Below are positions 9,152 through 19,300 of a DNA stretch of 45,927 nucleotides, in pieces. Numbering within the stretch: position 1 is the stretch's first letter; each line of letters opens with the position of its first letter. The stretch is from Minisyncoccota bacterium (GTDB taxonomy: Bacteria > Patescibacteriota > Minisyncoccia > Minisyncoccales > CG1-02-41-26), in assembly GCA_028718965.1 (NCBI GenBank), contig JAQUKS010000003.1, positions 1 through 45,927 of the forward strand, written 5' to 3'. The translations under genes and the position numbers were made by a program. The notes under the pieces are model-generated. The model saw only the letters and a list, made by a program, of their open reading frames with translations. It was not told where the DNA came from and made no database searches.

Positions 9152-10069
9152 ATGCTCATAAATTTAAAAAGAATTTTAAAATTCGGCTGGCATAGTTTTA
9201 GTCGTAACAAGGGGCTGGGCTTCCAGGTTATTTTCATTATGGCCACGGCGGTATTTTTTATTCTGGTTTTCTTTTTAGGCAGGGGAGTGGGGCGGACTTT
9301 ATTCGATGAGATGGGCCGGAAAGTCGACATTTCGGTTTATTTCAAAAGCGAAACCACCGAGCAGGAAATTTTAGAGGTTAAAAACCGTCTTTCTTCGCTT
9401 TCCGACAAAATCAAAACAATCGAATACGTTTCCAAGGAAAGGGCCCTTACCATTTTCAAGGCGGAGCACCAGAGCGACGATCTTTACCTGAATGCTCTGG
9501 AAGAAGCCAAGGAAAATCCTTTATTGCCGTCTTTGAACATCTATTCTGATGATCCGAATTATTACGCGAAAATATCTGGCTTCTTGAAAGAGCCGCCCAC
9601 TAACGATATCGTAGAGAAAATTTCTTACGAGCAACCCAAAAACAGGCAAGCCATTGAAACATTGGCTGCAATCGCCAAAGGTATCAAAATTGTCGGGATC
9701 ATCATAGTCGGCTTACTTGGCCTTTTGGTAATTATCATTACTTCAAATATTATCAAGCTTACTTTTATTGTTTTAAAAGATGAAATCAGTACTATGAAGC
9801 TTGTTGGCGCTTCCGACTGGTTCGTGAGGGGGCCGTTTATGATTCAGACTTTTTTCTATGGGTTGTTCGCCGTGATAATCGTTGATACTTTTTCAGGAAT
9901 TTTGCTGTATTTCATAAGCGGGAAAGCGATTCATTGGTTTTCCGAATTTAATATTTTTAGTTATTTTTTCAGTAATTTGGCGGTTATTTTCGGCTTTCAG
10001 CTGGGTTTTGTCGCTCTGTTGGGGGCGGTTTCCACTTTGCTGGTAATGCGCAAACACCTTAAGGCCTGA
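9152..10069 (+). CDS. ftsX: cell division permease-like protein FtsX
   Basis: N-terminal LKRILKFGWHSFSRNKGL + TM, an extracytoplasmic loop of roughly 110 aa, and three C-terminal TM helices, matching FtsX topology; it is coupled to ftsE. An alternative ATG lies at 9119. Confidence 0.85.
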   Translation: MLINLKRILKFGWHSFSRNKGLGFQVIFIMATAVFFILVFFLGRGVGRTLFDEMGRKVDISVYFKSETTEQEILEVKNRLSSLSDKIKTIEYVSKERALTIFKAEHQSDDLYLNALEEAKENPLLPSLNIYSDDPNYYAKISGFLKEPPTNDIVEKISYEQPKNRQAIETLAAIAKGIKIVGIIIVGLLGLLVIIITSNIIKLTFIVLKDEISTMKLVGASDWFVRGPFMIQTFFYGLFAVIIVDTFSGILLYFISGKAIHWFSEFNIFSYFFSNLAVIFGFQLGFVALLGAVSTLLVMRKHLKA

Positions 10070-10090
10070 TAATGCCATAGCCGATACTAT

Positions 10091-10163
10091 TGCGAGGTGG
10101 TGTAATTGGTAACACGTCGCGCTCTGGACGCGAAGACTCCAGGTTCGATCCCTGGCCTCGCAG
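10091..10163 (+). tRNA. tRNA-Gln (anticodon CUG)
   Basis: Acceptor tgcgagg/cctcgca (a U1-A72 pair, as in bacterial tRNA-Gln), D stem gtgt/acac, anticodon stem tcgcg/cgcga with loop ctCTGga, T arm ccagg-ttcgatc-cctgg, discriminator G. Confidence 0.9.
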
Positions 10164-10181
10164 CCGTGAATTTTGTACAGG

Positions 10182-10216
10182 AAACCGGGCTCGTTAAAGC
10201 CTGGTTTTTTGTTTAT
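10182..10216 (+). terminator. intrinsic terminator after tRNA-Gln
   Basis: A 9-bp stem, aaaccgggc (10182-10190) pairing with gcctggttt (10199-10207) with one G-U and an 8-nt loop, running into ttttttgtttattttt. Confidence 0.6.
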
Positions 10217-10248
10217 TTTTGGCTTAAAGTTATCCACAGTTTTTTAAT

Positions 10249-10276
10249 TTGACAGGCCATTTATGTAAGCTAAAAT
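10249..10276 (+). promoter_or_regulatory. candidate promoter of the giant gene
   Basis: TTGACA (10249-10254), a 16-nt spacer, then TAAAAT (10271-10276), about 37 nt upstream of ATG 10313 in an AT-rich spacer. Confidence 0.35.
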
Positions 10277-10312
10277 TATATAAATATATTCCATATCCAA
10301 TATCGGATTGTA

Positions 10313-13300
10313 ATGACAGAGCAAGAAATCAAAGTCAATAATTACATATCTCTGGCCGAGGCCGCCGCGATATATACTGAGCACTCTCAGGAGTATTTGA
10401 GTTTGCGGGCAAGGCAAGGAAAACTTAAAGCAATAAAAATCGGCCGAAACTGGCTCACTAAGAAAGAATGGGTCGAGAAATACGTCAGTCAGGTGAGTGA
10501 TAAAAATGGAAACAATGGTTCTATACGCGTATCCGATACTTTTCAAGAAGAGAAGCCGGTCTATCTGTCTTTGGCAGAAGCTGAAATTTATAGTGGGTAT
10601 TCGCAGGAATATTTGGGGTTGCGAGCGAGACAGGGGAAATTGCGCGCGGTAAAAATCGGCCGAAACTGGCTCACTAAGAAAGAATGGGTCGACGATTACA
10701 AGATTAAGTTAGGCATAAGTGAACGACGTTTACCTGTTGAACCCGGACTGACAAAAATTACCGCAATAGGGAGAATAGGGAGATTGCCGCAACCGGGAAA
10801 ACTTTTCCATCCGATAAAAGAAGCATTTCAAAATTTTATTTTTATCATTAAGGCGAAAAAACCAGCCATGATTCTCGGTGCGTTTCTGATTTTTTGTTCC
10901 GCGGGACTGGCTGCTGGCTACCCTTATGCTGAAAATTTCATGCGGAGTCTTTCTGGACATTCCGAAACCCAGCTTGGCAGCATTGTTTTAAGAGCGACTG
11001 AATTTGCCGGCTTGCTTGAAAATTCTGTTTCGAAAGATTATCAAAAAGCCTATTGGACTGCGGAAAAATTTTCTGAAAAATTTTATAGAATTAAAAATTC
11101 GTTCGCTTGGGCCGTTTCTCGTTCTTTAATCAATTTAGAGAAGTCAGTCCGGCAAAATAGAGATAATCTGACGAATATCGTCACGGCATCGGAGATATTG
11201 GAGGATTATCTGGAAAAGTCCATGGCTGTTTCCTGTTCTTCCACCTGGCAGGATTTCAGAAATAAAAACAATCTGGCTCAAGGATTTATCAATCGTTTTA
11301 CTGCCGATGAATACCAGCGCCGAAAACAAAAAGCCGATGATTTCGCCGAGCAGCTGGCGGCAGGCTGGGGAGATGTCGAATCATCTTTGAGCGACATCGG
11401 CCTGGAATTGAAACGCGTCGCGGAAGATTATTCGTCGCTGGCCGCTGATAATTTGCGTTACGGCAATTATTTTTTACAGAGCTATTTGGCAGGGGAGTGG
11501 GAAAGATTTCAACAGCAGAGCTATGAATTATTTGCGCTGTCTCGGGGCGCGAAGCATACGGTAGAAAAATTTTTCGCCGCCGGCCAAGAGAAAACTTTTG
11601 AATATCGAAATTCGATTTCCTCACGCACGTTTGGACGTCTGGAGTTCATTGAAAACGAATTTTTTGCCGATGTGACTGCTTCACGGCAGAGCTTTTATGA
11701 CTTTGCCGCTAAAGCTTTTGAAACCGGACTTCAACAAAAACAAAAAGCCGATGATTTCGCCGAGCAGCTGGCGGCAGGCTGGGGAGACGCGAAGTTATTT
11801 TTAAGTTATGCCAGTCTGAAGTTAAAACGCGTCGCGGAAGATTATTCGTCACTGGCCGCTGATAATTTGCGCTATAATTCGCAGGCTGTTTCTTATCACG
11901 TTAACCAATGGGGAGATGTCATAGCGGATCGGCTGGAAGATCTCAGCGGTGATTTGATTATAGGCGTCACGGAAAGAGTGAGTTCTTTCATCGCCCAGGC
12001 CAGCCTCAAAACCGAAGATGCCGCTTATGCCATCGCTTACGTAACGGGCTATCTGGCTTCATCGGGAGCTGATAATTTTCAACAGACAACCCAGTCATTA
12101 TGGGGAAAGATAATATCCAGCGCGGATGCGGTTGATAATAAAATCGTCGAGGGCGTACAGAATACAATGGACAGGTTAAGATTCCTTACATATATATCAG
12201 ATAAAGTCGGCGAAGATATAAAAAACGGTTATGAATTCGTGATGAATCCCTGGTGGAAAGGAGAGACCCGGCCGATTGCCGAAAAGCCGTCGCGAACCAT
12301 TAATATAGAGCCGTTCGATCCGTTTCCGGACGATGATGAGGAAGAGGCCGTTGAGGAAGAACAAGTTTTACCCGCTTCCGCGGAACAATCAATCGTTCAA
12401 GTTTCGCCTGTTAAAGGGACATCCGAATCCGCGCCTCGGGAAACGCTGATTCAGCCGACTAAAGAAATCACCCGTGAGATTTTGCGCATTGATGACGCCT
12501 CGCTGGCACTATTGAAAGGACAGGTAACGGAATTGCAGAAAAATTACGCAAGCATTGTGGGCTTGCAGGATTTGGCCGCCAAGATACAATCGGTCCCACC
12601 GGTTTATTCAGTGGCGGCTGCTTCACCGGTTTATGTCGGCTCGACCGGTATTCAAGTCGGCGGGGGAGCCAATTTAAATACTTTGGGAGTGAGCGGCTCG
12701 GTGGGCATCAGAAATTTGTCGGTCGGGGGTTCGGCTGAAATCGGCGAGACTTCAAGCGATGTTTTGACAGTAAACGCTTTTGCTGATTTTCTTTCCGATG
12801 TCATAGTGCGCAAAGATCTTGAGATCGCGGGCGACTTGACGATAGGGGGCAGCCAAAGCGGAGGAGGAGTTGTTTCGTTTTCAGCTTCAAGCTCTTCGCC
12901 GATTTTGACTTTGAATCAGACGGGTTCGGGGCAGATAGCGCAGTTCAAGGACGCGGGCAATGTTGTTTTTGAGATTGCAAAAGGCGGAGCTATAACGATA
13001 ACCTCCACTTCTTCTCCGCAGTTAAGGGTTGCTTACGATGGCTCAAATTATCTCATTCTTGAGGTTTCCTCCACCGGAGATGTTTCAGCGACCTCCACCG
13101 GAGCCTTGAGTCTTACCGCTAACGCCGCTTCCGTATGGCAAGTTGTTTCCGCCCCGCTCACCATAAAAACAGATACGAGCGGCGATATTATTCTGTCTTC
13201 AGCGGGCAATCTTACTCAAAAATTCGCGACAAGCTCGGCTTATGGCTTGTATCAGGGAGAAATCGCCCGCTTGGCCATTAATACCGCAGGAGATGTTTCT

Positions 13301-16300
13301 CTTACCGCTTCTTCAACCATAAGTTTGACTGGAAACGTAGGCATCGGCACTTCCTCTCCTGTAGCCAAGCTGGCCGTAGAAGGGAACACCTTTTTCCGGG
13401 GGAATACAACCACTACCGGCGATTTTTTCGTGGGAGGCAATACGACAACCACCAACCTTTACATTTCGAACATTCTAACTGCTGGGTATCTTGATGTTGC
13501 GGGAAACGCGACGACAACCGGGAATCTATTCGTTGGCGGTAATGCCACTACCAGCGGTGATCATTTTATTGGCGGCAGTCTGCAGGTAAACGGCAGTTCC
13601 ATTGTTTTGGGCACATCATCCACGGCTTATCTTGTCGTGAATTCGGCCGTGGCTTCCGATTTTGTCCCTGATCAAAACGCGGTGCGCAACTTAGGCTCGC
13701 CGGCTTATTTTTGGGATTTTGTTTATACTGGCACGCTGGTAGCCACCAGCATAGAGGCTGCCTCAAGCACGCTTGGCGGAACAGCCAGCGCCAACTTTGT
13801 GCTTAATGCCGATAATATTACCGCTGACAATGAAAACGCGAATTTGATTTTTTTCAGAGGCACGGTCGTGCCCAATGCCCTAATAACCTGGGATTCCACC
13901 GCCGATCGCTTTGACATCAATCAGCCGTTTTTTATTCAAAACGATTCTTCGACTACCACGGTAATATCTTTGGATGTTTGGGGATCTGCCGGCCAGAGCG
14001 CCGATCTATTCAGAGTATCTTCGTCATCGGATGACGCTTTTCTAAATGTCACTTCGGCCGGCAACGTGGGTATCGGGACAAGTAGCCCGGTGGCCAGATT
14101 TGCCGTTGAGGGGGACAGTTTTTTGCGGGGCAATGCCACCACTACCGGCATTTTTTACACTGAAGAAGGAATGACATCGGCTGGCAATATTTCCGTCAAT
14201 ACGGCGGACGTTGTTTTGGATTCGGGCAATTTGAATATTACCTCAGGAGGCATAACGCTTACTGACGGGAATTTTAATCTTAATAACGGCAACTTGTCTC
14301 TTGATGCTAACAGCAGTTTTTACGTTGCTTCGTTGACGCAGGGCTCGATACCGTTTATCGGTTCGGGCGGTATGCTGTTGGAAGATAATTCAAACCTATA
14401 CTGGAATGACACTACTAATAGATTAGGCGTCGGCACCACTACTCCGGCCGCAAAATTAGATGTTTGGGGAAGCTTTCAGGTCGGCACTTCCACTACGCCG
14501 GTTCTTACCCCGTTGTTTATCGCCAATACTGGTTCGGCCACTGTTGGCATCGGCACCTCGACTCCGGCCGCCAAATTCTCTATAGCGGGTTCGTCCGGCG
14601 TCAATGCTTTTAATGTTGCTTCTTCTTCCGGCGCTTCAATGTTAATGGTTGACCAGTACGGCAATGTGGGTATTGGTACTTCAAGCCCTGGAGCCAAGCT
14701 TGAGATAGCGGGCAACAAAGACGCTACCGAATTTGTCGTTCGGGCGAATTCTTCTCAATCCAACACTAATCCTTTGATAAAGCTTTTGTCGAACGGAGGA
14801 ACGGAATTGCTTCGCATTCATTCCGATAATGCCAACAATCTTTTTGTCGGCACCAACACCGGACGGGTCAACAATGTCTCCGGAGTGGGTAGTCAGGGTT
14901 TGTTTAACGCTTTTGTGGGAGCTAACGCCGGCTTTTCCAACACAACCGGATATCAAAACAGCGCCATGGGAGCCAATGCCCTTTACAGCAATAATACCGG
15001 CTACACTAACAGTGCCATGGGCTTTAATTCTTTGTTTTTCAATACCACCGGCTACCAGAACGCGGCCATGGGAGCCAATGCCCTTTATTCCAACATCTCC
15101 GGCTATACTAATACAGCGGTCGGCTCAAGCGCCCTTTATCTGAATACTGCGGGCTATGGCAACAGTGCTTTGGGAGTTTCGGCTATGCTTTCCAATACCA
15201 CAGGTTACGATAATCTGGCCGCGGGCAACAGCGCTTTGCTTTCCAACACCACGGGTTATTCTAACGTGGCTTTGGGTAGCTATGCTCTGTTCGGTAATTT
15301 GCCGACAAGCAAGGCCATTACCGCTTTCACTGATGCGGGCGGGGGCAACACCACGGTTACTTCAGAAAGCCATAATCTGAATAACGGCACGATTGTTCAG
15401 ATTTACGGCACGACCAATTACAACGGCTCTTATACTATTTCCGGAGTTACCGCCGATACCTTTAATATAGTCAAAGCTTTTGTGGCTGACGACGCCACCG
15501 GATGGTGGGGGATCGACAGCGAGGGAAGATACAACGTGGCTTTGGGCGGTAACGCGGGGCGAAGCAACACCACCGGCTCTGCCAATACCTTTATCGGCTA
15601 TAACGCCGGATACACTGGAACTTCGGCCAGTCTTACCAATGCGGCTTGTCTGGGCTACGAGTGCCAGGTGGCGGCCAGCAGCGCCTTGATCTTGGGTGGA
15701 ACAGGAGTTAACGCGGTGAAAGTGGGTGTTGGAACAACCACACCAAACTATGTTCTGGATATTCTTGGCGCCTCCGGCACCGGTTCTTTGCACATCGCTT
15801 CCTCGAGCGGATCCAGTATGCTTGCCGTCAATGAATATGGCAACGTCGGTATCGGCACGACCACGCCTTCGGCTAATTTCCATGTCGTTGGAACGGCGAC
15901 GACGAATTTATTTCAAGTTACACGCACAGGCGTCGGAACTTTTGGAATGTTGTTTGATGCTAATGCTGGTAATGGCGTATCGTTAAGATTCAGCGGAACT
16001 AATTTTGTCCGTTCGTCTGGAAATGGTGGTTTTTCCGTAGGTTCGTATGCCAGCAGTGCTTCAGGTTCTGCTGCCCCAGAAAATGGAATAATAGTTAGTG
16101 GCAAGGTAGGCATCGCCACTACTTCTCCCGTAGCCAAATTAGCCGTGGAAGGGGATACCTTTTTTAGAGGTAATACCACCACAACCGGTAATCTTTTCAT
16201 CGGAGGCAACGCCACCACCACTGATCTCTATGTTTCCAATGTTCTCACTGCCGGCTATCTTAATGTCAACGGCACTACCACTATCGCTGGCAATCTTGTT

Positions 16301-19300
16301 CCTTCGGCCACCAATACCTACAACGTCGGCACTACCAATTATCGCTGGAATGAGGGCTGGTTCTCGACCGTGAACATTGGCACATCCACCTGGTCGATCA
16401 ATCAGCCCGATAATCAGCGGCTGTCTTTTTGGAACAGCTCTTCGGGCGCGGGAGTTGAAAAACTAACCATTACTCAAACCGGCTCTCTTGGCATTTCCAC
16501 CTCCTCTCCTTCCGCTCTTTTGGCCATAACCGGCACTTCTTCGGTTGCTTCTTTTGCTATCGCTTCTTCTACCGGCGCCTCGTTGTTTATGGTCGGCCAA
16601 TACGGCAATGTGGGCATCGGCACATCGAGTCCTTCGGCCAGACTTGATATTTTGGCCAGGGCCGCCTGGCCGAGCTTGCACATAGCTTCTTCTACCGGAG
16701 CCAACCAATTGTCAATCAACGAATACGGTCTGTTAAGCTTCGGCTTGCCCGACAACCAGACGTCTGCCATGACGATAGGGGAGAACTCAAATACCTATCT
16801 TACCTTCGACACCACCGACGGCGCAGAGAAGATAGTTATGGGCAAGAATATGGAGATCGGGCCGTTGGAGATTGACGCTGATTCTGGTGCAGTCAATTTC
16901 GTCAATATGAACATTGTGGCAACCTCTTCGGCCACGGGCACGGCAGAGAGCTTGAGCGTTGCCTTGGACGGTAATGCCGTTTTGACCGTATATGGCGAAT
17001 CAACCGGATATACCGCTAACTTGCAGAATGCCAGGGTCGGCATCGGCACGACCACCCCGACGGCCTTGCTTTCGGTAGCCGGAAATCCTTACTCAACAAG
17101 CCCTTTGTTAAGAATCTCGACTTCAACGACCGAAGCATTATACATTGATATAGCCGGTAATGTCGGCATCGGCACCACCAGCCCCCAGGCTAAGCTTCAT
17201 ACAGATTCAAGAGAAACCGGAGCGAGTGCTGTCACTCCGACTTATTATTATCAACAGGCGCAGAATTATTACCTTGCTCCTTCCGGCGATGCTTCGTATA
17301 GTGTTTATTACGGACAGAGCGAGGACGTTTATTTGGACTCAAGTAACACCTATCCGATCGCAGCCATTGGCGGCAATAATGTGACTGTTCAGTTGCAGGG
17401 TTCGGGAGTTATAACTTCAGGCGATGGTATTGTTTCAAATCTGTCTAATTATGCCACCAGCACTGCTTTGAAGACAATCTGGGCTAATGGCGTGAATTAT
17501 AACAGGGCTTCCTCGTTTTTTTACGGGTTGCAGGCCAATGTGAGCAACTGGGCTAATTCATCCGGGACCGGAAACATCACCACGGCCAGAGCCGGGAGAT
17601 TCAGATTGCAGAATTATGCCCAGAACGATTCTGGCGCAACCGGAGCGGCCAATATGACAACAGCCCAGGTCGTTTACGCCAACATTGAAAATGGCGCGAC
17701 CGGGGTTGTCGGCTATAACGGAACCATTGGCACGGCAGCGGGCTTTTATTATGATTTGGAAAACAGCGCGGGCGGGCAGATAGGCACAAGCTACGGCGCT
17801 TATTTTGCCGCTCCGACGAACGCTGGCACCATAACCAATCATTACGGTATATATCTGGCCGACCAGACGGTATCCGGCACGACCAACAATTTCTCCATTT
17901 ATTCGGCCGGGGGCACGAACTACTTTGGTGGTAATGTGGGTATTGGCACCTCCACGCCCCAGACAAAACTCGATGTTGTGGGTAGTTTCAGAGTGGGCAC
18001 CTCCACCACCCCGCTCATCACGCCAACCTTCATGGTTGATACTGGCAGCCAGAGAGTGGGCATTGGCACCTCAACCCCGAATTACCGTTTGGATATTCTG
18101 GGTTTAGCTGGCACTGATTCTTTCCACGTTGCTTCCTCAACCGGCTCTTCTATGCTCACCCTGAACCAGGCCGGCTCTCTCAAAATTAATAATCGTCTGA
18201 TAGTTTCTCCCACCGGGAATTCATATTATGACGATACCGGAATAGCCGAAAACGGTCCGGCCATATATTTGAACAGGAGCATTGGCGCTGAAAACAGCAC
18301 CAATGAACACGGAATTATCGATTACACTAATTTTAACCGTTCCACTAAGGCCTACGCCTCATTCGACGTTCAGACAAGATTGACTGGAACATACAATTAC
18401 AACCATTTCGTCGGTTTCCAGAACAGGGGGGACATGGCCTCCTCGGGAACTTTGGACAACTATTACGCCTTTTTGTCCGTCCCTAGGGGAGACGCGGGAA
18501 CGATCACCAATTATTATCATTTCACCAATAATGATGCCACCTATGCTGTCAGTTCAGCCATTGATAACGAGTATGGCTTATACGTGAAATCGCTCAACGG
18601 AACCAATAAATTCGGTGTTTACGTTCAATCCGATAAGAGCTATTTCGGCGGCAACGTCGGCATTGGCACTACCACCCCTCAGGTAAAGCTTCATCTTTAC
18701 GATAACACCAATGTGATCACCGGCTTGAGGGTAGAGAACATAAGCAGTGGCACGGTTGCTGACGCCAGATTATCCACCTATGACGCTTCGGGCCATTATT
18801 TCGTTATTAGCACTCCGGGAACGGGAAATACCGGATCAAGTATCTTCGGTCTAGCGAGGACATCGGCTGATTTCATCTTCAATACCAGCGGAACGACCCG
18901 CGATCTGGCCATAGGAACCACTGATGCAAAAAGTTTGATTCTTGGGACGAACAACGCCGAGAGATTGAGGATAAGCAGCAGCGGTAATGTCGGCATCGGC
19001 ACGACCACCCCGGCCACCAAGCTGGACGTCTGGGGAAGCTTACAGGTTGGAACATCCTCTCGCCCCGTGCTTTACGCTAACACCGGCAGCGGCTATGTGG
19101 GTCTTGGTACAACCACTCCTAACTACAATTTGGACATCCTCGGCACTTCGGGCGTTGGTTCTTTGCACATTGCTTCTTCAAGTGGAGCTACGATGCTTGT
19201 TGTAAATGAATATGGCAACGTGGGCATCGGCACATCCAGTCCTGCTGCCCGGCTGGACATCACTGAAAACCGCACTTTGGGCACGATAATAAACGCCAAT

